Shown here piece after piece: positions 1-11,300 of a DNA stretch of 64,000 nt. The notes under the pieces were generated by a model, which was not told the origin of the DNA, made no database searches, and saw only the letters and a program-made list of their open reading frames with translations. This DNA is from Entomortierella parvispora E1425 (Eukaryota; Fungi; Mortierellomycota), in the NCBI GenBank assembly GCA_020891255.1, contig BQFW01000012.1, positions 372,001-436,000 of the forward strand, read 5' to 3'. The number at the start of each line of letters is the position of its first letter. Within the stretch, counting starts at the first letter, position 1. The position numbers were made by a program, and so were the translations under genes.

Positions 1-1604
1 CATCTTGGAAAAGAATTCTGATGTTGCTTGGACGAGGTGCTCTCCTGTATCAGGTTCCTGGTACGCTGGCACGACCGAGGCAGCGGCAGCAGCTGCAGCC
101 TTCAACCTTTTCTGATCCTTACTCTTGCTTGATCCCTTTGTATTGGAAACTACACCTTGATAATAAAGCTCGTCATCCTTTTCGAAATCTCCGTCATCAA
201 ATCGAATCGTCTATTGAGGAACAAAAAGTGGCCAGGAATGGATAGTCAGTTTCGCCAATGAGAAAATAAGAGCGGCCATCATGGCACTAGACCTTCTCTT
301 ACAGTGAGCCTGTTGTGGCCTAGATCCCGATCAAAGGTATAGGAAAGCGCTGCCGCACTAGCTCCAAGACTGTCTGGAGGGGACGTCGTCAATACCAAGT
401 CCACTTTTAGCGTTGTCTCGTGAAATTCTTTGCCGTCGGGTTGTGTTGCCTTTGCAGTGAGATCTAAAACGCGTGTTTCGTAAATGTAAAATGGCGGGAT
501 GTCGCCGTGGCTTGAGAAACTGGTGTCCCACCCGGTCTTGGTGCTGTTTGCAAGATGGACATTGTTGGGCTGAAAGGTGCCCATGCACTCGACAGTCTTT
601 TCTCCAGCAGGCGAGGCTGTATTCGAATAAGACAGCCAGATCGGAGTGGGCGGTGAACAAGACGAAGGCTCCAGCACATGCCTTTTCCCTCCACGTCGAC
701 TCTGGGTACTGTTCTTTGAGCTTGCAGTGGAGCCCGAGTTAGAGGCACAGGCAGGAAGAGCAGACTCGACAGTGAAGAATAGCACAAATGAGAATGGGCC
801 CGACTCGGCTGAAAGGTGCCTTGTAGCCTGGTGATGGAGCGATGGTGTCGACGACACGTCTGGAGCAAGCGACTCAAAGTAATGATGATCACGACCTTGA
901 TCCCGATCGGTCCCTCCTGGACGCAAAATAGACTCTTTGGTACACTTTCTCAGCACCTGCAGCACCTTGATCCTGTGTGCTGCTGCCGTGGTTGTTGACC
1001 GACCCTGACGGGTGCTGTCGATCGTGCTAGTCGTGCTCTGTGGAACCCTGTCGTTGCTGCTCGTGTCCAACGGTTCATGATCGGATGTTGAAAACAGTGG
1101 CAAAGTCGACTGCGCTGGTCCTAGTCCGGGCGCTTGTGCCTCCCGCAGGACTGGGTGCTGAGCATAAAGCGAGGACCAGAACTCTGTTCGGTCCTCGACT
1201 TGATCACCACGATCACCACTGTCCGCGTACTCGTCCTGTTCCACAGCGCGTTTCCCACCCTCAATGTCCCTGAGACGACGCATCAGGTCCTTTTTCTTCC
1301 TTTCATCCTCTCCCCGATCCATTGGACTGAGCTCTTGCAGCGTATGTGATCTCCCGCGCGACAGGGAGGACGAAGCAGAGGACGCGGAAGAGTTGGTTGC
1401 TGTGGACCGTGTCTTTTTCTCTTTGGGGAGCCTCCTGTCCCTCGTGTCGGAGCGAAAACTCGACCGTTGCTTCTCGGTCAACAGAGTTTGGTCCGTCTTG
1501 AGAGTCTCGAACTCGCCTCGACTGGTCCATTCCTTGTTGGAATGGAATGCACCCTTTGCATCACGGCTGGGGTGGAATGGCTCGAGGACATGAGTAGAGT
1601 CCAT
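1..1604 (-). CDS. Hypothetical protein, spliced, 3' end runs off the left edge of the window
   Basis: 441-aa ORF from ATG 1604. A GTAAGA donor at 302 and a TTCCTCAATAG acceptor at 211 give a 92-nt intron, after which the frame stays open to position 1 (TIRFDDGDFEKDDELYYQGVV...FFSKM). No family recognised. Confidence 0.7.
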
Positions 1605-1767
1605 TGAGGGAGAAGAGTGAGAGGGGAGGAGAGGTTAAGAGAAAAGAGAGAGAAAGAGAAAGAGAAAGGAAAAGAAAAGACAAAAGGAGAAAAAGAGAAC
1701 GAAATCAACCGGTCTGTGCCCCCTGTTTCGATGCGTCCCTCTTTCGTGTCTCCTTTGGACAGGAGGG

Positions 1768-1905
1768 GAATGAATGAATGGATGAATGAATGAATGAATA
1801 AAAGAGACGGGAAGAGAGAGAGAGAGAGTGAATGAGGGAATGAAGAATAAGTGAATGAATGAATGAATGAATGAACCAGTGAAGAAGGGGGGGGGGGGGG
1901 GGGGG
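1768..1905. repeat. (GAAT)n/(CATT)n and (GA)n microsatellites plus a G19 homopolymer
   Basis: Directly visible simple repeats upstream of the 1604 ATG. Confidence 0.9.
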
Positions 1906-3326
1906 TTGAAGTGAATATCGAGAGAGTGAACGAGAATGGGGAGAACCCATACGGCGCTTTCTTTTTTTTTTTTTTTTTTCTTTCTTGCTTGTTTGCTCGT
2001 GTCAGTGAAAAGTGAATTCGCGCACCTTCCACTTTTTCTTTCTTTCTTTGTCTCTGTCCCCTGTCTTTTTCCTTTCTCTCTTTCTTTTTTGGTTGGACTT
2101 GTTCCCATCCCGTCCTCCCCCCCCTCGCAAGCACGCGCTTGTCTGTGGTTCACTTCTTTGTCTTCCCTTCCGTAGCGCAATGGTATGGGCATGGGCATGG
2201 GCAAGAAAGAGAAAAGACAGAGAGGAGATCCAATCTAATCTTTTTGGCTCTTTTTCGTTCATTCATCTTTCCCGTCTGTCTATCTGTCTGTTGCCAAGAG
2301 TGAAGCAAGCGCTCATTGTTTGCACTCGCTGACATGCTGCAGAGAGAGAGAGAGCAGGCGACCCTTCCCTTGTGTCGTTCCCAGACCACGTATCTCCTCC
2401 CTCGCGCGCTCTCTCTCTCTCTCCCGATGCAATTCAATGCCACAACCATGGCTCGAGCATATGAAAAAATAAAAAAGTCATGGTCGTCCCAGAGCTTTTT
2501 TGTGCACACAACAGAGGACGGACCCTGGAGGTACATAGATACTTTTTTTTATCTTTTGTCTTTTTTTGTCTTTACATTATTATTATTTTGCCCAGCCTCT
2601 GTTCCACGGACCCAAAAAGCTTCTCACATAGCCCCGCTTGTGCTGCTGCAGACATGTATGGCGGCCATGAGTAAACAACAAAAATTGACACAGCCACGCA
2701 TCTCTTGTTTCGTCCTCATATCCTTTTGGTCTCCCTTTCGACGTCTATGTACCCAACAATTGCTCTCAAGGGATTCAATTTTCATTCCCCTCTCTTGAAA
2801 CACTAATGGCGATAAGACGTCTTTGAAGCATGCACTAGAGCAAACAACAAAAACAACATGGAAATAACCCTAGACATGTGTGGTCCTGCGGTGCGACCGA
2901 GAATAAATAGATTCGAAAACCCACGGGAAAAAAAAAAAAAAAAAAAAAAAAAGATGCAGTCATCGTCCCTGTCGCGGCGGGATGGAAGGGGGACGAGGAG
3001 GCGGGCGAGGGTCATTGCGTGCATGTGGACTTCATAGGGTCCCCTGCTTGCAGCGCGGAAATGAACTCATGAGGGTCGATGTTGGACATCTTTCAGTTTT
3101 CCCCGGCTGATCACTGACGCGAAAATGACACACGACAAGAACGCGTCTTCATGTTGTTCGCGTGTCTCTTTTCACTACTTTCAGCTTCTTATTTCTTTAT
3201 TTTCTCTTTATCTTCTTCTCCATTTTCTTTTTCTTCTCAAGTAATCCAAAAAGATTATTCAGGGGACACCGTGGGACTCCATGGGCACACTGGCACACTT
3301 TTATCCCAAGCGGATCAAAAACTTTT

Positions 3327-5090
3327 TTACTTTTTCTGTAATTTTGGCCAATTCGCTTTCATCCAGTCTCGCTCCCTCTGTCCTTGACGCACATCCATCC
3401 CCGCAAGGTTCAGAGTCCTCAGATCCTTAAGGCCCTCCAATTGATCCAATCCATCGTCTAGATTCAAGGTCAAGCAGCTCAACTGCCTGCCCATCCCCAT
3501 CGATGACCGACTCTGAAAGACCCTGCCCTGAGTTGGCTGCTGCCGCTGTTGTTGTAGTTGTAGTTGTAGTTGCTGTGGCTGTTGAAAGTCAAATATCGCT
3601 GGGAGGCTCCCCTCTTGCTCCTTCGAGCTATGAATATCATATCCCAAAGTAATCTCTTGTAGCTTGGTCAAACGACCCAACTGAGCCAAAACCTGTTTCT
3701 GGACGGAGCGACTTTCCTCACTGAACACCCCAGGGGCCCTCGCGCTGAGAGGGTCAGGTCGGGGCACTTCCCCAATCATCCAACGGAAGGACTGAAGCTC
3801 CAGGCAAACCCATTTCGATTGAAGGATGATGTCTCTTGCCAACAATCGACAGTTTTCCAGATCCTTTTGAGATGCAAACGCTGGAATGGTATTGAACCGC
3901 TTCAGTCGAGGGGCCGAGCTCAAGAGTTTTTGAAGGGCACTGCTAGGGAAGCGACAGCCCTCGCCCAGTCGAAAGTTCTCCAGGGTCTCACAGTGCTCCA
4001 GGATGGCCTCGATCGTCAAGGGGCCAAAGGAGATGCATTCGAATCCAAGAGTCTTCCAACCGGCACCAGGAGAACAGCCTTCTTTCTTGGAAAGCAACTC
4101 GGCCAGAGTAGCATCTTCATACACGTGGTCTCTATTACCCACAACATGAAGCTCGTCAATGGAAGGGCACCGTTGCAAGAGTTCCTTGTATGCCGGAGTA
4201 TTCAAATCTAAACATCCAAGGATCAGTAGTTTGAGGTGAGGAAGAACTTGGGGAGGCTCTAAAGTCGACGGGTTTGACGTCGGGTGTTCTGACGTCGATA
4301 GTTCCCACGGTGAAGGGAGAAGATCCCTCTGGCGACGTCTCCAGCTCGTCGTGTCTCTGAAAACCGATCCGTGAAAACCCGATCCGTGAAAGTCGAGAGC
4401 CTCTACACTCGGCGGTATAGCCTGCAGGATCCTTGCCTGATCTTCTTTTCGATATCGCCTATCAGAGTCCCGAGCAAAGCCCAGCACGACCCTTTTCAGT
4501 TTCTTGGATCGCTCCAGAAGCTGGAGGATAGGCCTCATTCTCTGTGGATTAGAAGTGATGGCCCACCCATCGTACTCTCTGATTAACCGTTGTCGCTCGC
4601 CTCCGAAACTCACCCCAAGGACCTCCAGATTGAGATCCTCCAAAGCCCCTCCTTCTCCAGTACCGTTATCTTCATGGTTCCTGTCGTTGTTGTCATCGTC
4701 CATGACAGCATCCATGCTAGCAGGGTCATCCTGGCTGCCCTGGCCTTGAATGACCGGGGGTCCGAAATAGAATAGGTCAAGAATATCCTCGGACGCGATC
4801 CGAAGCTCTCGAATCCGGAGGATATTGCGGCCAAGTGCCTTTCGTGCCTGGATGCCACTGACTGCGTTTTTACCATAGGCTGCCTTGAACGCATCCTTTA
4901 GAGGGTCCAGAGGCTGCTCATTCCCAGAGAAACAAACAGAGTACCAGATGAGGTCGATGCATCGTTCGTACAAATCTCTGCAAACTCGGATGCAGACAGT
5001 CAGGTCATGTTTGCTGAGGTGAGCTAGGATCAATTTAAAGATATCTGATGGAATGGTGAGTAATGTGCAATGCACCGATGGCTCGTCCAT
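3327..5090 (-). CDS. F-box/RNI-like (LRR) protein, single exon
   Basis: N-terminal F-box (LLTIPSDIFKLILAHLSKHDLTVCIRVCRDL), WVCLEL motif and C-terminal LTLNLDDGLDQLEGLKDLRTLNL...WMKANWPKL; 587-aa uninterrupted ORF. Confidence 0.88.
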   Translation of the reverse strand: MDEPSVHCTLLTIPSDIFKLILAHLSKHDLTVCIRVCRDLYERCIDLIWYSVCFSGNEQPLDPLKDAFKAAYGKNAVSGIQARKALGRNILRIRELRIASEDILDLFYFGPPVIQGQGSQDDPASMDAVMDDDNNDRNHEDNGTGEGGALEDLNLEVLGVSFGGERQRLIREYDGWAITSNPQRMRPILQLLERSKKLKRVVLGFARDSDRRYRKEDQARILQAIPPSVEALDFHGSGFHGSVFRDTTSWRRRQRDLLPSPWELSTSEHPTSNPSTLEPPQVLPHLKLLILGCLDLNTPAYKELLQRCPSIDELHVVGNRDHVYEDATLAELLSKKEGCSPGAGWKTLGFECISFGPLTIEAILEHCETLENFRLGEGCRFPSSALQKLLSSAPRLKRFNTIPAFASQKDLENCRLLARDIILQSKWVCLELQSFRWMIGEVPRPDPLSARAPGVFSEESRSVQKQVLAQLGRLTKLQEITLGYDIHSSKEQEGSLPAIFDFQQPQQLQLQLQQQRQQPTQGRVFQSRSSMGMGRQLSCLTLNLDDGLDQLEGLKDLRTLNLAGMDVRQGQRERDWMKANWPKLQKK

Positions 5091-5923
5091 TGTTGATGGG
5101 GAGGGAGGGATTGGTGATAAGGAAAGAATGTGTCCATTTATTATACTTTGCCATGACCCCTAGCCAGGGCGACAGCACGTGGGGGGGAGTTTTTTTTTTG
5201 TGCGTGTGTGAGGTCGTCTTTTGCTTGGCTGTATTCGCGTGGCGGAATGTAGATGACCCCCAACGGTCCACAACTTCCTAACCTGATTGCAGTCTCTGAA
5301 CTGGGTTATCATCTGTCAGAAGCCACAACGGTGCTCTCTTTGGACTCGTACCCCGGTAGCGAGTCGGGCATCCTGGAGTGAGGAGAACAAAGCGCGCAGG
5401 GTCACCAAATCGACTCACTTCATGGTCGAAATAGAGGGGAAAATCCTTTTTTTTATTATCCGCTGCGCGGGATGTAGATGACGGATTACCCACCTTTCCT
5501 TGGAATGCAGAGCGATTATCGTTGTGTGACATATAAGAACGGCTGACCTTTGTCTCTGCCGGCCATGTGGCTATGTGGAACTCATCCAGGACGCCTTGTC
5601 TTTCAAGATGCTTGTCTTTCAAGATGTGCAATCTCTGCACTGGAGTGCGTGCGTGCACTATCGCCAAGATTTTTGTACTTTAGTACAAGGTGATCCAGGA
5701 GTGACAGCAACGATTCAACACTCTGCAAGGAAGGTGTGCGCCCTCGGGGTCATCGTAGAGCACGCCCTTGCAAGCTGATAATGAAAGCTCAGGTCTTGTG
5801 CAAAAACCTACCTGCAACCATATTCAAGAGTTCAAGTAGATGCTCAATCCCGCAATTCTCCCATGAGCTACATCAAAAAGGTGAAAAACAGGCTGATGGT
5901 AAAGAGATGCGACGCTTCTTGTA

Positions 5924-7246
5924 TTAGCTGCAATGTCGTTTTACCCAATTGTCTTTTGTCTTTCGAAATTCCTCCCGTTCTTCCTGAAGATCCTCCAAGC
6001 AACGTTTGAGTCGAGCGTCTGCAGCGGCCTGCCTTCCCTCATACCAGCTCGAAAGTTCTTGGCGACATCGCTTTAGTTCCGTGACAATATCCGCCTCGCG
6101 CTCCAAGACCGCCTTCTCCCGTGCTGTGACGATTCGATCGCGTTCCAAGAGCATTCTCTCACGTTCGTTGAAAGCTTCCTCTCTCATACGACGCTCCTCC
6201 ATAAACATCTCCATGAAAGCGCGGTCTCGCGCCTGCTCCTGCTCCTGCAACTTCGAAGACGGTGGAGGAAGATCAAGTAATCTCTTTGAATCGCTGTCCC
6301 TCGATCGTTTCCTTCCACTCGCTGGTGTCAAGTCGACAACTAGCAAAAAGAGAAAAAAGGAGGATATCAGAGATGTAATATAGGCATTTAGAGTCGGCAC
6401 AGACAGTTTGTCAAAGAGTGATGCTTTACCGCCTGTATCCTCTTCGGGCTCGGTATCACTCGGGGGGTCATCCTGAGGAGTCAAGGGTATCGATGACGGT
6501 TGTGCATGTGCCGTCCCGGAATTTTGCACCAGGGTAGGTTTGAAGAGCTTGTCCAGTTCTTCAAAATGAGGACAGTGCTCCAAAATTTGTTCCTTCAACA
6601 ACTGCGGGTCTGTAGATCCTGATCCTCCAGTGCCATCTATGAATCGCTTCGCCTCTTGGTATTTAGATCGCATGTACTGGATCGAGGAGCTGATCGACTT
6701 CGAGTTGAGTTTGGTCTTGAGCAACCCGTTGAGATGGTCCGCAATCTCTGCTTGGACCTGTATCAGTGTCTGGCCGCTTGGTCGCGACCTATAGCGCTCA
6801 CAGTTCACGGGGTCTGACAGCCAATTGACGAGTGCAATGGTCTGAGCTCTTTTCCAATAGGCGGCGCTTGCTTTCCTCTGCTTATCTGGGTCCAACATGG
6901 CGACTGCATCGTCCTCATTGACTTCTTGACCCGTCCCTATCGGCATAGGGCTCGGCAACAGGGGCCTTGCCATGGCAATGGGTCTCGGCGAGGATGAGGA
7001 TGCTGAACTTGATGGGACCGAATAACTTTGGAAAGGTGAGTGGGTCAAAGGGGGGAAAGAGGACAGCGCTAATGGAGGGTGTGCATTAAATGATGCTGGA
7101 ATGAAGACCGAATGGGGTATCGTCATAGGGCTAGGATGCAGTGTTGAGCGTAATGGCTGTCCCGACTGTGGCACTGTCTGATGGACCACCTGCTGTTTCT
7201 GTGGACAAGAAGAGGACGAACTGGCGGTATTGTTTTGCACTGGCAT
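5924..7246 (-). CDS. Myb/SANT-like DNA-binding protein with C-terminal coiled coil; one probable 90-nt intron (6429-6340)
   Basis: WKRAQTIALVNWLSDPVNCERY...IQYMRSKYQEAKRFIDGTG...ILEHCPHFEELDKLF resembles Myb/SANT-like (Harbinger ORF1-type) domains. The C-terminus is E/R-rich heptad sequence. GTAAAG donor at 6429 and TTTTTGCTAG acceptor at 6340; likely ATG at 7246. Confidence 0.75.
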   Translation of the reverse strand: MPVQNNTASSSSSCPQKQQVVHQTVPQSGQPLRSTLHPSPMTIPHSVFIPASFNAHPPLALSSFPPLTHSPFQSYSVPSSSASSSSPRPIAMARPLLPSPMPIGTGQEVNEDDAVAMLDPDKQRKASAAYWKRAQTIALVNWLSDPVNCERYRSRPSGQTLIQVQAEIADHLNGLLKTKLNSKSISSSIQYMRSKYQEAKRFIDGTGGSGSTDPQLLKEQILEHCPHFEELDKLFKPTLVQNSGTAHAQPSSIPLTPQDDPPSDTEPEEDTGGKASLFDKLSVPTLNAYITSLISSFFLFLLVVDLTPASGRKRSRDSDSKRLLDLPPPSSKLQEQEQARDRAFMEMFMEERRMREEAFNERERMLLERDRIVTAREKAVLEREADIVTELKRCRQELSSWYEGRQAAADARLKRCLEDLQEEREEFRKTKDNWVKRHCS

Positions 7247-7732
7247 GATCTGATGTTGAGAATAAGAAAGCAGCGATGAAAGCAGCGATGAAAGCAAAAA
7301 AGGGTCAAAAGGCTCACTTGGAGTTGTTGGCCCGAAAAAGCTATTTCCTGCCACGCATGGAAATAACGGAATTGAGCGTCAGATCGCGTTCGCCCGCGGC
7401 GCGACTTCTTTCTTTCTTTCTTCTGATCCTGTCCACCATTCATCCCGTCCATCACTCTTGGCTCAAAGGCAGGTGCATCTCTTTCACACAGGTTTCCTTG
7501 TGTCCATGATGTCTAATCAGCCACTTGGATGAGACAATGCAATGCCGCGGGATGCTCGCCGAGATCCTTGGCTGACCATTTGACATGGAATGGCTTTCAC
7601 CCCATCCTACTTTGGATTAAAAAAAAAAAAAAAAAAAAAAAGACACGATGCTGCCATAGGTTGGAAGCATACACACATACACACATATTGATCTCACTTG
7701 CAATCTCTTTTTAGAGCATCCAGACACCCACT

Positions 7733-8110
7733 ATGAACACCAACGTTCCGATATTCTGTAAGGTACCTCTGCCGGATCGCGTAAAGAATATCCTGGACAC
7801 CATGGAAAGAGATCCCTGCACAGATTTACTCTACGTTGACATGGACGATACCCCGGACGGTTACAGATCTCGCGTGGAATCATTGGCGAGATACGAGGGG
7901 TTCTTCATTGTCTACGATGGACTTGTATCCAAGGATGGTAGAGACTGTCTCACATGGTACATAGATGACCAAGACGGAAGTGTGGTGTCAGATGTCAGCA
8001 CGGCGTGGTACATATTTCGTGATATTGTCTTGGGATACTCTGGTGTAGAAGATCTTCAGGAATACGTGGATGATGAAGGTATCTTTGTCCGTCCATATAC
8101 AGCTTTTTGA
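7733..8110 (+). CDS. Small acidic hypothetical protein (125 aa)
   Basis: ATG-initiated ORF with globular, non-repetitive composition (about 25 D/E versus 11 K/R), followed by an AT-rich 3' region. No family recognised. Confidence 0.6.
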   Translation: MNTNVPIFCKVPLPDRVKNILDTMERDPCTDLLYVDMDDTPDGYRSRVESLARYEGFFIVYDGLVSKDGRDCLTWYIDDQDGSVVSDVSTAWYIFRDIVLGYSGVEDLQEYVDDEGIFVRPYTAF

Positions 8111-8318
8111 GACTTGACATTGTTGTAGCACTTTATATTAAACTTGTAAAAAAAAAAAAAAATCGCCAAACCCTTGTGAACACTGCATTTGAAGATGAAG
8201 ATACCTCCTGCCCACAGATCGCCCTACGATCGCTTGGTTGCTCTGACAATGGATAGAAGACTCTTTTTTTTTATTCTTTGTGAGGCGAGGCACTTGAGAT
8301 CTCATCCTGAACTAATGG

Positions 8319-11300
8319 TCAGATGGGACTCGCAGGCTCATAGTCAACAACATTGGATTCGTCAATGGCGCCGCGTTGCATCAACATGTTCCTTTGCATG
8401 CTCTTCAGGCCGCTCACGTGGTCAATTCGAGCCCCAGTAACCGTCAGTCGACTGGCCGATGAATCCCAGACCAATTCAACGCGAAAACTGCCTTGGACTT
8501 CAGCGACCCTCCAAACAAAAACGGACCCATCAAAGCAGCCAATCGCAAACTCCAGAGGATCTGTAGGACTCCAGGTCAAACAACTGACGGGCGAAAAGAT
8601 GTCGAGGATAACTATCTCTTCGGATCTCACGGGCCCTGATCCTCCATCGGACATCCTCCAAAGTCGTACCGTTCGATCTTCATGGCCCATTGCAATCCAA
8701 GAGCCGCAGGGTGACCACTCTACACAGTTGGCAATCCCTTCGAGCTCTGCTACAAGAAGCGCGCCCCTCCTTTCCTGCAGGTCCCAAAGGTAAACAGAGA
8801 TACCATCCAGAATGACAAGCACGTTCCCACAAGGCGAAAACGAAAAGTTGGATCCAGAAATCTTGAGGTTCTCTATTTTCTCGGCGCGTTCTGTATCCCA
8901 GAGAATAATGGTACCATTTCCAGACAATGAGATGAGCTGGCAACCACTGGGGGAAAATTTTAGCTTGGTTACACGAGCAGGGAACCCCTCCAGCAGTCGT
9001 GCTGGGTCATCCTCCGACAGCAGATCCCACAATTTTAAGACCCTTCCGTAGTCCCAGGAGGCCATCCAGCGACCACATGGAGAGAACACTGCCTTGTCTG
9101 CCAGGTTATCAAAGCGACTATCTTCTTTTCTCCCTTCAGTGTAGTCGAGCTGGTAAACCCTGCTTGCCACCGCCAGTCGTCGACCATTCGGCGAGAGAGA
9201 CATCATTTTTGGTCCGCGATCAAGTTCCAGGAATTGTCGACAGGTTCCGGAAGCCGCGTCCCAAAGAAGGACCCAACTTTCGTCACTTGTGGAGAGAAGG
9301 TATTCGCCGCTTGGACTGTACACTAGATATCGAGCATCAAATGTGTGTCCTCGTCTATGGGGGCTGGGTAAGTTGAAGGACTTCTCTTTCGAACCCAATT
9401 CATCGTCAAGCTGCCAAAATCGGACGGTGCCATCTCGACTAGCTGATACGAGTCTCTGATCCCCTAATATCGCTATACCAACGACAACACTGGTGTGGCC
9501 ATTCAAACAAGCAATATATGATCCCGATATCCCATCCCAGAACTGAATAGAACCATTGACGCAGGCCAAGACAATCGTTTGCTCATCCTGAGAGAAGATT
9601 GCTCTTGCAGCTGTAGTGCCACAGTTAATGACAACGGGTTTGTTGGTCTCCGTATCTGATGCCAAGTCGATCAGCTCAGCACGACTTCCTATAGCCAGTA
9701 GTTTGCCTTGGCGAGAGTAAACAACCATATCCTCGCCATCAGCCTCCAGAGTTCGTTCAATCTCTCCTGTCTCTGCGTTCCAAAGCACAAGTTCTCTCGA
9801 TAGAGCGGCCCCAGTTGCAATCTGACGCCCACATGGGGACCAAGACACAGTCAACTCGTTCACCACGGCCATTTCCATCGCAAAATCCGTCTCCAAGGTG
9901 AGCACACATGACTCTGATTCGATATCCCAGATCCTGGTAGTGCCGTCGTCCCCTGCAGAGGCTAGGCGTTCACTATCAGGTGCAAAGGCAACACAATACA
10001 CAGGACATGAGTGTCCTAGGAAGGCGCAGTTCTTTCTTCCTTTCAAGTTCCATACGCGCACTGCGCCATCATCGCTGCCGGACGCAACAAGCGAGCAGTC
10101 GTTCGAAAAATCCACGCTTCGAACAATGCGGGAATGCCCTCTAAACGTGTGGCGTAGGCAGAAATCAGTCAAGTCGTAGATTTGAACATCGCCTGTTTCC
10201 AACCCTGCTACAAGCATCATCCCATCAGAAGAGATCGCCGAAGACCATAGATCAGGAACTTCGGAATAAGTATTCTCTCCAAGCAACACATTGGTCATTA
10301 TGGCTCCACTAAGATCTACTTGTCGCAACCAGGCACTCTTGAGGCAAACATCGATCAAGTTGGCACCCTGAAGCTGTGCTGAATCAAATTTCCCTTCGGA
10401 AAGGTCTGCTCCTGGGATCTGAATTCCTCGAAGGTCATTGCCATTGAAGCGGACTCCTGCTCTGACCAGTATCGTGATGGAATTAGAAGCCGCCCGTCTG
10501 AATGTTGCCTCGACCTTGGAGAGCTGCAGGATTCTCTGAAGCTGAATATAGAACTCTTCGCTTTGATAGATACGCTCCGCTAAGAAGTGGAGGATCGAAG
10601 ACTCTGAGACGATGCTGGTTTGACCAAGAGGATGGTTGACGACAGGTATTGGGCCATCAGCTGAATCAAGGCATGCTGCGAGGTCCAACTGAGGAGCATT
10701 CCCTCTTGGATCAAAGATCAAACAAGAATAAAAATACTCCATAATAGATCGATGACTGAACTCGTACGAGTTTCTTTTGCGAGCCGTGCGAATCTTATGG
10801 CGGATTAACTGGCGAATATCCTGACGGTTCTCTCGGCAGACCAGTTGAGTCGACTCTTGTAGCAATCTGGCTCGAGCACTGAAGCCAAAGAAAGTCTCCT
10901 TCCACGTTCCTCTGTCCTGGACAGTTGAGTAGGTTACTGAGTTGATGCCTTGCTGCTCTTTGAATATACAACGGGATAACTGCTTCGAAAAATTCAGTCC
11001 GAGACTGATGAACTCGTTGTTTCTGAATTGTGTGAATGCTGAAAGCGTGCCATTGTCCATTTTGCCACTGGATTGTTGATTCAGCAGTCGCCGGTGCTCT
11101 GACTCAAAATGTAAATCAACAAAGTGGTCGTAAAGCTCAACCCGAGTCAACTTGGTTGTGTTTTTGGGGATTCTTGGTAGGACATCCACGATCATCTTGA
11201 GCATGAAAGGGTTCTTGGCCATCTCCATCAGGTGGGTGATTCTCTTCAGGCGCTCCATGTACCACTCTATGCTCCACTCCTGTTCCATGGCAGGATTCTC

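Noticed and set aside
1478-2536. Several long ORF-track entries in the 1.5-2.5 kb intergenic region (and similarly 52955-53811)
   Set aside because: They are translations of microsatellites and homopolymers (poly-K, poly-F, FIHS repeats), not credible proteins.
2865-2872. TAACCCTA, resembling a telomerase RNA template or telomeric seed
   Set aside because: A single 8-mer is expected by chance in 64 kb, and there is no supporting structure.
5900-7500. Intact PIF/Harbinger transposon around the Myb/SANT gene
   Set aside because: No DDE transposase ORF and no terminal inverted repeats or TWA duplication found.
7600-8165. Retrocopy origin of the 7733-8110 ORF (downstream poly-A)
   Set aside because: No target-site duplication, and long A/T tracts are ubiquitous in this window.
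8319-10300. HET-E-like highly conserved, hypervariable WD-repeat arrays in the NACHT genes
   Set aside because: The WD repeats are mutually divergent in both genes; no near-identical ~126-bp units were seen.
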